A stretch of DNA of 64,000 nucleotides from Spirochaetota bacterium (GCA_963664815.2 CAXXHB010000002.1:288001-352000); one strand, 5' to 3'; positions 10,661 through 20,945 are shown, counted from the stretch's first letter. Notes: a model not told the origin generated them from the sequence alone. Numbers and translations: made by a program.

Positions 10661-11029
10661 TTATATAAAACGGTCTACTGATACATTAAATATTTTTGCT
10701 AATTTCTTTGCTGTTATTTTACTGACTGGTCTTGAACCATTTTCCATATTTGAAACATGTTGTTTTGGAATTCAACCAAGCATTTCTCCAAGTTTTTCCT
10801 GGGTTATTTTATGAATCTTCCTGTAAATTTTCATGTTGTCACCAGGAGTTTTTTCAGCATGAATTTTCTTATACCAATCAGTTTCAATGATATCTACAAA
10901 TTCATCATCTTCATCTTCTGTTAAATGAAATTTTTTACCGTATTTTTCTTTCAACAGTGTGATGATCTTCTGTGGAATATCACTTTTAATGTTTATTTCA
11001 ATATGGGGCGTTTTCACGACTGCCTGCAT
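10661..11029 (-). pseudogene. XRE antitoxin with premature TGA
   Basis: ...MLG*IPKQHVSNMENG...FNVSVDRFI*, in frame; the paralog at 16774 reads LGGISKQ. Confidence 0.85.
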
Positions 11030-11260
11030 AATATACCTCTATTATTAATGAATCATTTTCATAATACCAACATGCGACCCATTTGTATGATAGATGGCAA
11101 TGGTATTCATTTTTTCCTGACTTACTGAAGTTTGGCCATTCTTTTCTAATTTGTCATTTTTCTCTTAAATCTTTAACAAGGGATTCAAAAGTGAATTAAA
11201 TATCCTTCGGCATCATGAGGACATTTTTCATTATGCTTTTTTAATGATTATATTGTATAT
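10998..11260 (-). pseudogene. RelE-like toxin with several stops
   Basis: ...MPKDI*F...LREK*QIRKEWPNFSK...YHCHLSYKWVACW...IEVYYAGSRENAPY*. Confidence 0.75.
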
Positions 11261-11340
11261 AAATCAGAGTAATCATTTTATGGTTAGTGATCAAGATGTT
11301 TTTTGAATCTTTAAGTGTAATAATGACATAAAAGTTTAAT

Positions 11341-11374
11341 ATTGGAAAGCGGTAAATTCTGATCGGTTTTAACA
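11341..11374. mobile_element. Isolated IS21-like terminal repeat
   Basis: Minus strand TGTTAAAACCGATCAGAATTTACCGCTTT, similar to the end at 16586. Confidence 0.55.
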
Positions 11375-11377
11375 GCC

Positions 11378-11701
11378 ATGAAGGTAGAGCTATCTACAAT
11401 AGCCGGTCATGCATCATAGAACATATATTCGGAGAAATAAATGAGTATAAACATTTCCGGAGATTCTATCATCGTGGACTGGAAAAGGTTAACACAATCC
11501 GGGCTATTTTCTGTAATGCTCATAATTTCCATAAGCTTGCCCGGCTGGAATACAGATTATAATTAAATAAATTAAAATATTCCCGAAGACATAGGATCTT
11601 CGGGATACATACAGGATTGTCAAAATAAAATCAGAGGATATTCAGTCGATATTATTTTAGACTACTCCATTTTTTTAATAAGCTACTTTTTCAACAGACT
11701 C
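11378..11701 (+). mobile_element. 3' remnant of IS1182-family element
   Basis: Highly similar to 21546-21874 (EGRAIYN...EHIFGEI...FRRFYHRGLEKVN); ends CAGACTC. Confidence 0.85.
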
Positions 11702-11730
11702 CTTTGTTATATGAAGTCGCCTGACTTTTT

Positions 11731-12099
11731 TTAAGAATTTTTAGTCAGAGTCCCTTGATGAAAAATCATTTTCCATTTATCATCCTTGTATTTCCATACC
11801 GAACTTCGAATTGAATATTTTTGTTCAAGATTAATTTCAGAATGCTTAATTAGTTTATATGTTGCTAAAACTATAAAATCAGATAATTGTTTAATCGAAA
11901 AATCAATTATTTCCCAATTAATTTTTGGAGAAATGAAAGTATCTCCTTTTTTGTAATGATATATTTTCCCATTGCTAGAAAATTCAATAAGTTCATCATC
12001 AATTATTTCATTTAATTTTTGTTCTGATTCTCTAGTCTCAGATTTTAATAATTGATTTTCTAAATAAAGTATTTCTTTTTCAATTGTTTTTATATTCAT
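11731..12099 (-). CDS. DUF4440 / NTF2-like protein (cassette-like)
   Basis: EFSSNG and RSSVWK...WKMIFHQGT motifs; attC R''-like ATATAAC shortly after the stop. Confidence 0.85.
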   Translation of the reverse strand: MNIKTIEKEILYLENQLLKSETRESEQKLNEIIDDELIEFSSNGKIYHYKKGDTFISPKINWEIIDFSIKQLSDFIVLATYKLIKHSEINLEQKYSIRSSVWKYKDDKWKMIFHQGTLTKNS

Positions 12100-12132
12100 G
12101 ACGATCTTGGCTTTTCATTAAGTTTAAAAATC

Positions 12133-12709
12133 TGTACAACCCGACGACATCGGTAACACTCTACTGTGCTTTCTGTACCTTTGTACCATCTGTTTTATAA
12201 ATAATCAAGCCGGTTATTTTATCCAGAACACCTATCATAAAATCATCAAACCATATGTCCAGTTCACCCTGGTTTTCTTTTATGCCAACATTATAACCGG
12301 CAAAAGGATTATCTACAAATAATCTCTTACCACTGTAATTGCAGAATCCGCAATCATTTACCATGCGACTTTTATAACCCTTGCCATAAACGATCAACAC
12401 ATCTTCCGGCTCGTAAACTCTACCGGACTTTACATATACATCAACCGGTCTTTTCATATCCAATGCTTCATGGGGACTAATTGTATTAAAGTCTTCACGC
12501 CACTTATCAAACACTCTCTGATGTTCATTCAGATTACCATCTATCTGCCCTTCGAGCTCTGCTTTCATATCACGATACATCCTCTCATGTCCGCCATTCT
12601 GATACGGGCATCCGGGATCGATACGGTCCAGTTTTATCCCCAGCGACATCCACCAAACTGATAGTTTACTCAGTCCGAATACATTGCCACCAGGGCCGCT
12701 CCTTTGCAT
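12133..12709 (-). pseudogene. IS481-family transposase, 3' fragment with terminal end
   Basis: LSKLSVWWMSLGIKLDRIDPGCPYQNGGHERM, FNTISPHEAL; TGT terminus at 12133. Confidence 0.8.
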
Positions 12710-12719
12710 CCGTGCAACC

Positions 12720-13173
12720 GCGGCACTACGACATCCATGTCGGACATATTTCTACAGTAGTCAGATAGTGGAGGTGAACCACCACAAAAAAACCGTTACC
12801 TTTCGGTATAAGAAGAGAATGGGTAGGAGATCAGAAAGAAGCATTACACCACTGAAACTATAAGCATATATGAATTTATAGCGCGTATGCTCTTCTTTTT
12901 GCCCGATAAACACCGTAAAATACTTCGCTACTACGTGATATATGCCCATAGTATAGAAAAGAAACTGGACAAAATTGAGCGAATCACCTGGTCAAAGGCC
13001 ATTGAGCATTCATTTGAAAAAATCCTGAAAAATGCCCGGCATATTCGTCTCATATGGTGAAGGATGTTGTATTTTCTTTTTATGCGGATAAAGAGATTAA
13101 GAGACTAATAACAACCCATGCTATTAGCAAAGGAAATTTTATACCCTATAAGAAAAAGGCACAGCCATCGTAA
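12720..13173 (+). pseudogene. IS91-family (Y2) transposase C-terminal fragment, frameshifted
   Basis: Manual translation: KTVTFRYKK / ISIYEFIARMLFFLPDKHRKILRYY / NPEKCP; resembles IS91-family EFIRR..LP......RYYG. Confidence 0.65.
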
Positions 13174-13174
13174 T

Positions 13175-13321
13175 TGCGAACGCAGGTTTGCTGAAGTTGA
13201 CAAAAAGAACTTGACTATGTTTCAAATTGGAAGATATATTTTCTCGATAGAAACGAGGTATACGTGAACATGAAATTTCGCGCGATTTTTGGCGCGAAAT
13301 TTTAACAACTCATTGCTATGA
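13175..13321 (+). other. Degenerate attC-like site
   Basis: TGCGAAC..GTTTGCTGAAGTT right after a stop; hairpin AAATTTCGCGC/GCGCGAAATTT (13273-13302); ends CTCATT-GCTATGA. Confidence 0.4.
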
Positions 13322-13545
13322 GGGACTTTTTTCTGCTGAATGAACCTTGTGGTGATACCGATAAGGCCGATTCTATCCCATTACGTAGGTTTCTCATGAG
13401 ACATCTGGTATCCTTTTTCACCCTTCTTGTCATTCCTTTTTCTCTAGTGTCGGCGGACTTTCCTACAACAATGAGAATGTTGTAGACTGAAACGCAGTTT
13501 TATAACCAACCATAAATTTTAAAAATATGTACGTAGGTAATTGAA

Positions 13546-14169
13546 ATGAATCATACTAAAGATCTTTTTGAAAAAGAATATGAAAAACCCATTGCACGTT
13601 GGACAAACGAAAATCCCCCACAAGAACTTACAGAGTTAATTGATTCTGAAATAATTAAACCTTGCAAAACTCTTGATATTGGATGCGGAGAAGGCTTTTA
13701 TTCTATTTATCTCGCAAAAAGAGGTTTTGAAGTCGTCGGAATAGACCTTTCAGAAAAGGCAATAGAATACGCAAAGAAAAATGCGAATGAAAATGGAGTG
13801 AATGTAAAATTCATTGCAATGAATGTAAAAAACTTGAACAAGTTGGATGAAAAGTTCGATTTTGTTTTTGAGTGGGCGTTTCTGCATTGCATAACAAAGC
13901 CCAAAGAAAGAGAAGAGTATATAGAAAAGGTGAGCAAACTATTAAATAAAGGTGGAAAATATTTTTCGATTTGTTTTAATGAAGATCAATTCAAAGAGAT
14001 CCCGGAAGAATCCAAGAAAGCCCTCGGATCAATATTATATTTTTCATCATTAAATGAACTTAAGAAATTATTCAGTTCTTATTTTAAGACAATAGAAAGT
14101 AAAGTAGTTGAAATTGTTGTATCCGGGAAAAAATTCATTTGGAACTATTTCCTGATGGAGAAAAAATAG
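13546..14169 (+). CDS. Class I SAM-dependent methyltransferase (TPMT/TehB-like)
   Basis: LDIGCGEG, GIDLSEKAI and FDFVFEWAFLH motifs; followed by ATATAAC at 14179. Confidence 0.88.
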   Translation: MNHTKDLFEKEYEKPIARWTNENPPQELTELIDSEIIKPCKTLDIGCGEGFYSIYLAKRGFEVVGIDLSEKAIEYAKKNANENGVNVKFIAMNVKNLNKLDEKFDFVFEWAFLHCITKPKEREEYIEKVSKLLNKGGKYFSICFNEDQFKEIPEESKKALGSILYFSSLNELKKLFSSYFKTIESKVVEIVVSGKKFIWNYFLMEKK

Positions 14170-14794
14170 GTAAGTTTTATATAACGTTAAGACATGCTTA
14201 ATACAAGCAGTGCATCGCCTGTTATATGCCGGCAGGTGGTCACTGAGCCTGCAAACGTACTGTTTGCTCAACATAACCGCCTGAGCAGTAACACGATATA
14301 ATATTAATGGATTTTAAATTACCGGATTTATAATTGCAATAATAATTCGTATGTAGAAATTTGAATAAATAAACAATTGCATCTTTATAACAACCAATAT
14401 ATCTGCTTTTAAATTATTGTTAAACGATACTTTCCGGAATAAATTATCAGTATTTTTCAGTTATCAGAATAAAAGTATACCTTCATGATCTTTTTATAGT
14501 TCCATAATCATAGTATTAATATATAGATAATAATCTACAACCGCTCCGGTTCGCTGGAGGTGAACTGTATAGTACCGGTTCAGGAATCTCCTTTAAAATA
14601 ATGTTTATTATATTTAACTGATGTCAGCATTATAAATAATCGAATTGTGTTGAAAACTACCTTATGACAAATTCACATTTTAGATACAAAATAAAACTTT
14701 CCGCCAAATGATAAACAGAAGCTCTCAAGATGCAATTTACCCTGCAATCAACGAGCCTCATCAAATCTTTGTTTAACATTTTCCACCTTTACTA

Positions 14795-16027
14795 CTATTT
14801 ATTTGACCATTCGCTATTGTATAGCAGACCATCATCAATACTGCTTTTTATATTATTTTTAAAAGGTGACAAAAGATATGTAATGAAAAGTAGACAAATT
14901 ACTGCTGAAATACCGGCGAATATCAGAACCAGTGCCACGCCTAATTTTTCTGCCATATACCCTCCAATCAGCATAGAGCAGATACCTGCAGGTGTTAATA
15001 ATCCCAAAACAGAACCATATACACTTCCCCTGATAGATGCCTGAGTAGACTGATCTCTTAATGTATGAATACTGACCAATGCTGCATAAAAGACTGCAAA
15101 GGAAAGCATTACAATCAGGCATGCAAGGTAATAATTTTTAATCAGCCCTAACGCAGCAAAGGAGGTAAAATGTATTAACAATCCCCATAATATAATCTGA
15201 TTGTTCTTCCTCTTTTTTGCAAGCCAGGGTCCTGCCAGGCTTCCGGCAATACTCCCCAGCCCTATCAGCGTCATAAAAAATCCATATTGACTATCATTTC
15301 CGGCAAGAAACGTTTTCACATAGATTATAAAAAGTGAAACCTGCAATCCAAGGAAGAGCCGCCATGTGACTCCGACATATACCAAGTATTTCAAATAATT
15401 ATTATCTTTTATATATTTGAACCCGTCCGGGATTTTTTTCATTGGATTTATTTTTTCTGCAGTAACATTTATTTTTTCCGATTTAATAAAGCAGCTCATT
15501 ACAGCTGTGACTATATATATAATACAAGTAGCATACAATAATACATTAATCTGAAATTTCAGAACAACAAGACCTCCTATCAATGGCGCCAAGAGCTTTG
15601 CCGCATTCAGTAATATTAATATAACGGAGTTACCTGTGTGATATTTTTCTGCAGGTATAATCTCTGCAATTAACGTACCTCTTACATTCATTATGAAGGT
15701 AAGCATTATTGAAATACAAAACCAGAGGGCGTAAACTTCAGATATATTATTCACCAATGACAGGAAAAACAGCATTACTGATGTAGCCAAGGCAATAATG
15801 CGCAGTACATTGAGTCTACTAAATCTGTCTGCTATTGCACCACAGACCGGTGAAAAGAATCTTGGTAAATATGTCAGCACAGCAAATAGACTTACATTTA
15901 ATGCGCTCTTTGTGATATCATATACATGCACTGTCATGATAAAGAATATAAACTCATATCCAAAGGCTGACAGGACATATGTAACAAAGAAATTATTTAC
16001 ATTTTGTTTCTTCGTGATTTGTTTCAT
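14795..16027 (-). CDS. MFS transporter (DHA3/macrolide-efflux-like)
   Basis: About 12 hydrophobic segments, GAIADRFSR motif A, IRGSVYG. Confidence 0.9.
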   Translation of the reverse strand: MKQITKKQNVNNFFVTYVLSAFGYEFIFFIMTVHVYDITKSALNVSLFAVLTYLPRFFSPVCGAIADRFSRLNVLRIIALATSVMLFFLSLVNNISEVYALWFCISIMLTFIMNVRGTLIAEIIPAEKYHTGNSVILILLNAAKLLAPLIGGLVVLKFQINVLLYATCIIYIVTAVMSCFIKSEKINVTAEKINPMKKIPDGFKYIKDNNYLKYLVYVGVTWRLFLGLQVSLFIIYVKTFLAGNDSQYGFFMTLIGLGSIAGSLAGPWLAKKRKNNQIILWGLLIHFTSFAALGLIKNYYLACLIVMLSFAVFYAALVSIHTLRDQSTQASIRGSVYGSVLGLLTPAGICSMLIGGYMAEKLGVALVLIFAGISAVICLLFITYLLSPFKNNIKSSIDDGLLYNSEWSNK

Positions 16028-16032
16028 ATAGC

Positions 16033-16140
16033 TTACACTCTTAATTGTGATAAAAAGGGATTACTGCTACTTGGCTCTACACAATGAAAGCTTGAAAAAC
16101 AGTGTACTAAAACCTTTTCTTTGATTACTTGCTTTTTCAT
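16033..16140 (-). CDS. 35-aa small ORF (leader peptide or gene remnant)
   Basis: GGAGG RBS then MKKQVIKEKVLVHCFSSFHCVEPSSSNPFLSQLRV*; stop 5 nt before the MFS ATG. Confidence 0.4.
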   Translation of the reverse strand: MKKQVIKEKVLVHCFSSFHCVEPSSSNPFLSQLRV

Positions 16141-16222
16141 AATTCCTCCATTTTTCCTGCAATTCTTTGTTTACATTTATACCAATCGAAATTATCAGGT
16201 CAACAGAACGAATTGATGTGTT

Positions 16223-16241
16223 ATATCGTAGTTTCCGATAT
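16223..16241. promoter_or_regulatory. LysR-type operator (T-N11-A palindrome)
   Basis: ATATCG-TAGTTTC-CGATAT between the divergent MFS operon and the lysR remnant. Confidence 0.6.
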
Positions 16242-16263
16242 GATGCTTTATTGGAGTATTTAC

Positions 16264-16520
16264 GTGGATTTTAAACAGCTTTACACATAGGGCTATTGCA
16301 ACGCTTTGAAGCTTTAATCAAGCCGCAGACACACTTGATTATGCGTAGTCGACAGTGTCAGAGCAGATCAGGACACTTGAGACGAATTTAGGTGTTAAAC
16401 TATTTAAAAGGGACAGTAAAAAATAGCTCTCTTACTTCGGCGTGTGAACTTCTTTTACATTATGCTTAAAAAATAATAAGTCTTGAAGCGAAGAAGAGGT
16501 TAGTTCGGAATACATAGGAT
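16264..16520 (+). pseudogene. LysR-family regulator, decayed HTH fragment
   Basis: GTG start: MDFKQLYT/AIATL*SFNQAADTLDYA*STVSEQIRTLETNLGVKLFKRD; truncated next to an IS21-like end. Confidence 0.8.
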
Positions 16521-16533
16521 GCTAAGAGATATC

Positions 16534-16586
16534 AAACCGGCAAAATTATGTCGGTGAAAAGCGGCAAATTCTAATTGGTGTTCACA
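16534..16586. mobile_element. IS21-like terminal inverted repeat
   Basis: Minus strand TGTGAACACCAATTAGAATTTGCCGCTTTTCACCGACATAATTTTGCCGG with internally repeated TTTGCCG. Confidence 0.6.
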
Positions 16587-16730
16587 ATTATTATTTTTTC
16601 CGGTAAAATCACCGGATTATTACTGCATGTTATTTCAAATACCGGAAGAAAACGGTGTTCAAATCTCTATTAATACTTGTGCTGAGTATAATCGAAGTAT
16701 GTTCTGCCCGATAGCAGCGGTTTCGTCCAC
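16587..16730. repeat. Dispersed ~140-bp repeat, copy A
   Basis: Shares GATTATTACTGCATGTTATTTCAA, ACCGGAAGAAAACGGT, TTGTGCTGAGTATAA and ATGTTCTGCCCGATA with 22621-22750. Confidence 0.85.
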
Positions 16731-16773
16731 GAGAGTACAAGGATGTACTCATGTATGATAAATGTTTATGATT

Positions 16774-17142
16774 TTAAATAAACCTATCTATTGGTACATT
16801 AAAAATTTTCGATAATTCTTTAGCATTCTGTTTACTGATAGCCCTTGTTCCTCTTTCCATATGAGATATGTTTTGCTTAGAGATTCCTCCAAGTTTTTCT
16901 CCTAATTCTTCCTGTGTCATTTTATGGATTTCACGATAAATTTTCATGCTCTTACCAGGAAACATTTTACTATCAATTTCTTTGAACCAATCAGTTTCAA
17001 AGACGTCAATTAGTTCGTCTTCACTATCTTTAATCAGCTTCATTTTTTTCCCATAAACCTCTTTCAATACAGAAAGAACTTTTGGAGGTATTTCTCCTTC
17101 AATTTCGATTTTAATATGTGGCGTCTTCACGTGAGCCTGCAT
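16774..17142 (-). CDS. XRE-family antitoxin (orphan)
   Basis: MQAHVKTPHIKIEI...MTQEELGEKLGGISKQNISHMERG; paralog of 10661-11029. Confidence 0.85.
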   Translation of the reverse strand: MQAHVKTPHIKIEIEGEIPPKVLSVLKEVYGKKMKLIKDSEDELIDVFETDWFKEIDSKMFPGKSMKIYREIHKMTQEELGEKLGGISKQNISHMERGTRAISKQNAKELSKIFNVPIDRFI

Positions 17143-17195
17143 AATATACCTCAATTACAATTGAATTCTTTTCATGTTTCCAGCATGCAATCAAT
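17111..17195 (-). pseudogene. RelE-like toxin C-terminal remnant
   Basis: IACWKHEKNSIVIEVYYAGSREDATY*, homologous to the toxin tail at 10998-11100. Confidence 0.75.
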
Positions 17196-17249
17196 TTATA
17201 CTTTTCTACAGTCTCGTTATATGAAGGCGCACCACTTTTTAAATATAAC

Positions 17250-17882
17250 TTATTTCTTAATAAACAATGTTTCTGGCATAAAATCACAACCTATCGATTC
17301 ATCAGGAATTACTGCTTGTAATCTTAAATAATTTTTATCAATTTGAAATACTAATTCTACTTTATCTTTTTTTGCAATATTAAAGTCACTACTTTTAATT
17401 TTCAATTTGATTGTTTTACCATCAACATGATATGTTCCTCTAACAATTCCAAAGCCGTGGCATAAATTAATGTAATATTTGAAGGTTTTATCTTTATAAA
17501 TAAAAAGTTGAGACGGGTTATATTTTGTCAAATCTGTAACCATTATATATTCACCAACAATTGGTACTCTTTCGTCAATTTTTATCTCAGACAAAAATCC
17601 ATCAAAAACATAACCGAGCTTATTGCCATATTGGACTTTAATCCAATTACCTGGAATCCCTTTAACAGTTACCATGTCATTGATATAGACTTTTTGTTCT
17701 ATTAGATTAATCTTTGAATTAAATGGTATAATATATAGAATTTTTGAATCAGCTGAATTATTTTTATGTAAACTAACACCAGATTTTGGTGTAACAAATA
17801 AACTTTTATTTTTTGATAACAACATAAGTGGTAATAATAAAATAAATGTAATATAAAAAATCAGAAATTTATTTCTTTTCAA
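17250..17882 (-). CDS. Exported SH3-domain protein
   Basis: Signal peptide; VTPKSGVSLH...GNWIKVQYGNKLGYVFDGFLS bacterial SH3 pattern. Confidence 0.75.
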   Translation of the reverse strand: MKRNKFLIFYITFILLLPLMLLSKNKSLFVTPKSGVSLHKNNSADSKILYIIPFNSKINLIEQKVYINDMVTVKGIPGNWIKVQYGNKLGYVFDGFLSEIKIDERVPIVGEYIMVTDLTKYNPSQLFIYKDKTFKYYINLCHGFGIVRGTYHVDGKTIKLKIKSSDFNIAKKDKVELVFQIDKNYLRLQAVIPDESIGCDFMPETLFIKK

Positions 17883-17929
17883 TTTTTACCCTTTAAATCC
17901 TAAATTATAATCAAATATAAAATTTATTA

Positions 17930-19060
17930 TCAAAAGAAATATCCAAAATCAATCGCAATTGTTTTAATCGAACCAGTATAAAGATCTCGCGAAATAATTT
18001 TTTTATCAACTGAATAAATTAACCAACGATCAATGATTTTATAAACAGCATAATCATCTGGTTCTAAGATTATTTGCTTATCTTTATATACATCATATAT
18101 TACTAAATAATCATCTGGTGATGAGCGACCCTCAATTTTTTTTTCTTTATTAAAAACTAAAAATCTTCCATCTTCACTAATCGTAATTCCTTGATAATCT
18201 TCATTTTCATCAGGTTGCGTTACATGATATACTTTATTTTTTCTCAAATCTAAATATTCGATCCAAGTATGTATATCTTTTAGCGGTTTAAACTGTACAT
18301 AAGCAAGAGTATTATTTCCTGATATTTTAAAACCATTTGTTAATAAAGGAAACTGTTTGAATTTTTCAAATTTATTTGTTTCAATATAATAATATGATAA
18401 ATTGTGTTCTAACCCAGAATTATCAAAATCTTCAAAATTTCTATGTATTTTTTGCATATCATAATATTTGTTATCATCTAGTTCATAACATAATATAGTG
18501 TTTGAATTTGGTACAAATTGCAGAAAGCCCCCAAGCTTCCGTATATATGTAGTTTTTTCATTTCGTGTGTTATAATAATAAAATCCCTTTTTGGGATTTA
18601 TTCTATGCAACAGTTCATTTTCTGTGCTCGGGCATTCTCTGAAATAAATAAAATAATCACCTGTATCACTCCATCCAGTTAGTAAGATTTCTGATGCAGT
18701 ATAATCGCTTGTTTCTTCATAAAATTTTTCGATAAATCGTTCTGTATTTTTCTTTAAGTTCATTATATATAAGTCATTATTCTTTAAATATGCTAAAAAC
18801 TCTCCATTTTTTGAGATTAATGGATAGCCTCTTCCTCTGAAGGCACTCATATTGCCCATGCCACTTTTACCTGCAACTATCTTATTATTTCCAAGCGCAT
18901 CTAGAATACAAATATCATCATTTTCAGCAAGATAGCATAAATATGGAATATTTTTTACTTCGGGTATTTTATCTGTAATCTGTTCAGGTAAATTTGGATT
19001 TTTACAAGATTCTAATGCCAGCATTATTAGGAGAAAAAAAATAGCTTTTATTGATTTCAT
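17930..19060 (-). CDS. Lipoprotein with TolB/WD40-like beta-propeller repeats
   Basis: Start MKSIKAI, lipobox LESC; ISKNGEFLAY, WSDTGDYFIY and ISEDGRFLVF repeats. Confidence 0.7.
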   Translation of the reverse strand: MKSIKAIFFLLIMLALESCKNPNLPEQITDKIPEVKNIPYLCYLAENDDICILDALGNNKIVAGKSGMGNMSAFRGRGYPLISKNGEFLAYLKNNDLYIMNLKKNTERFIEKFYEETSDYTASEILLTGWSDTGDYFIYFRECPSTENELLHRINPKKGFYYYNTRNEKTTYIRKLGGFLQFVPNSNTILCYELDDNKYYDMQKIHRNFEDFDNSGLEHNLSYYYIETNKFEKFKQFPLLTNGFKISGNNTLAYVQFKPLKDIHTWIEYLDLRKNKVYHVTQPDENEDYQGITISEDGRFLVFNKEKKIEGRSSPDDYLVIYDVYKDKQIILEPDDYAVYKIIDRWLIYSVDKKIISRDLYTGSIKTIAIDFGYFF

Positions 19061-19129
19061 ATTATTCAATCCTCTATTTTTTAGTTCAATAATAAGTATA
19101 TTTAAATCTAAATTTTGTAGCACGATTTT

Positions 19130-19228
19130 GTTCAACGCCTAGCTTACGCAAAGTTGGCCGAAGGCCAATTTGCCGAGCCTGTTTCTCAAGTCAAGTGCCA
19201 AGGAGCGAAAGCGACGCAGCGCCGTAAG
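19130..19228 (-). other. attC-like site, L''-L'-R' portion (R'' portion displaced to 21875-21885)
   Basis: Minus strand CTTACG...central hairpins...CGTAAGCTAGGC-GTTGAAC (GTTRRRY) directly upstream of an orphan gene. Confidence 0.65.
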
Positions 19229-19429
19229 TTTTGAGTCTAACGCAAAAATAAATATTAATTTACTGTCAACACACAGGATGTGAATAATATCAATCATCTT
19301 TTAAAAAAAGGATAAAGATATGAATGCACGCTACCACTCATACACTCCAGACCAGCTCTTTATATGATCTTCCCCTGATATAGTGGACATTAAGTTAAGC
19401 CGAAAATATAATAAATTTGGAGGCTTACA

Positions 19430-19720
19430 ATGTCAGAGAGAAGTAAATACAGCCCGGAATTTAAGAAAGAGGCTGTAGAATTATTAAGAACCAGCGGAAA
19501 GACATCACTTGAAATAGCGAATGATCTTGGGATTAAAAGAGATAATCTATTGCGCTGGAATAGGGAAATTGAAACAGAGGAAAGGAATTCCGGGACAATA
19601 ACAATAAATCCTCAGGATAGTGAAGAAATTAAACGACTCAAGAAGGAAATGTTGATTCTTAAGCAGGAGCGTGACATTCTAAAAAAGGCTCTGGGCATAT
19701 TCTCGAAACCACAAGAATGA
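19430..19720 (+). CDS. IS3 transposase OrfA
   Basis: Protein identical to 4552-4842; AAAAAAG at 19681 with the -1 frame open into orfB. Confidence 0.95.
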   Translation: MSERSKYSPEFKKEAVELLRTSGKTSLEIANDLGIKRDNLLRWNREIETEERNSGTITINPQDSEEIKRLKKEMLILKQERDILKKALGIFSKPQE

Positions 19721-20586
19721 AATATGAATTCATCAAGGAACAGAGTACTGAATTTCCAGTATCGAGGATATGCCAGATTATGGATGTGAGTAAAAGCGGT
19801 TATTATGCCTGGCTGAAAGCTCCAAAGAGTATAAGAGGGCTTGAAAATGAAATACTATTGGAGAGGATAAAATCATCACATGAATCAAGCGGAGAGAGCT
19901 ATGGCAGCCCCAGAATTCATCAGGATTTACTTGAAGAAGGTATTTTCTGCGGAATACATAGGGTTGAGAGGCTGATGAATGTGAATGGGATTCATGCAAA
20001 GACAAAGAAAAAATTTAAGGCAACCACTGATTCGGGTCATTCTTTGCCAGTGTCTGAGAATATACTAGACAGGAATTTTACTGTTGAAGAGAAAGATAAA
20101 GTATATGTGTCAGATATAACCTATATCTGGACATTAGAAGGCTGGCTGTATTTATGTATAGTAATGGATTTATTTTCCAGAATGATAGTCGGATGGTCAA
20201 TGGCAAATCATATGAGAGCTGAACTTGTTGAAGATGCTTTTAACATGGCCTGTATGAGAAGAAATCCGGGCCCTGGCCTGATATTCCATTCTGATAGAGG
20301 TAAACAATATGCCAGCAAATCCTTCAGGGAATTACTTGAATCAAAGAAATGTATTCAGAGTATGAGCAGGAATGGCAATTGCTGGGATAATGCCTGTGCT
20401 GAATCTTTATTTCATTCGATGAAAACAGAAGAATTTTATTTTAATATTTACAAAACAAGGAATGAGGCTAAGAGAAGTATCTTTAGATATATTGAAATAT
20501 TTTATAACCGTAAAAGAAGGCATTCACATCTGGGTTATAAAAGTCCGGAGATTTTTGAAAGATTAAATCTTAAAATAATGGCTTAA
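19717..20586 (+). CDS. IS3 transposase OrfB
   Basis: Protein identical to 3686-4555. Confidence 0.95.
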   Translation: MKYEFIKEQSTEFPVSRICQIMDVSKSGYYAWLKAPKSIRGLENEILLERIKSSHESSGESYGSPRIHQDLLEEGIFCGIHRVERLMNVNGIHAKTKKKFKATTDSGHSLPVSENILDRNFTVEEKDKVYVSDITYIWTLEGWLYLCIVMDLFSRMIVGWSMANHMRAELVEDAFNMACMRRNPGPGLIFHSDRGKQYASKSFRELLESKKCIQSMSRNGNCWDNACAESLFHSMKTEEFYFNIYKTRNEAKRSIFRYIEIFYNRKRRHSHLGYKSPEIFERLNLKIMA

Positions 20587-20945
20587 CAAAGTGTCCATTT
20601 TTTCGGGGGAACATCAATAGTCCAGATAAATCCTGAAGAAATCCACAGACATAATTCTCTTGTATCTGCAATAGATGACTTTGTCAAAAACATGTCTCAT
20701 TATCACCATTTTCAGCAAAATATGCCAACAGCTTAAACGGAGCTCCGGCTATTCATGCCGGGATGATGCTTAAAGTAATTTTTTATTGTTTCGCTACATG
20801 AAGTTACAGTTCAAGAGAGATCGAAAGGAGAACTAACTGGGATCAGAATGTAATTTACCTTTCCGGTGACAGCTCAGTAGATCATAGTACAATCTGCCGT
20901 TTTATAGAAAAATATCCGGAAGAGATAACAAATGTATTTTCACGA

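Larger units (their letters stand above)
19365..20616 (+). mobile_element. IS3-family element, copy 2 (1252 bp)
   Basis: Same ends and identical proteins as copy 1; target duplication ATA (19362-19364, 20617-20619). Confidence 0.95.

Noticed and set aside
10772-10774. In-frame TGA at a Gly position as evidence for an alternative genetic code
   Set aside because: TGA ends many intact core genes here (recN, nadK, moeA); this is a GGA-to-TGA nonsense change in a decaying module.
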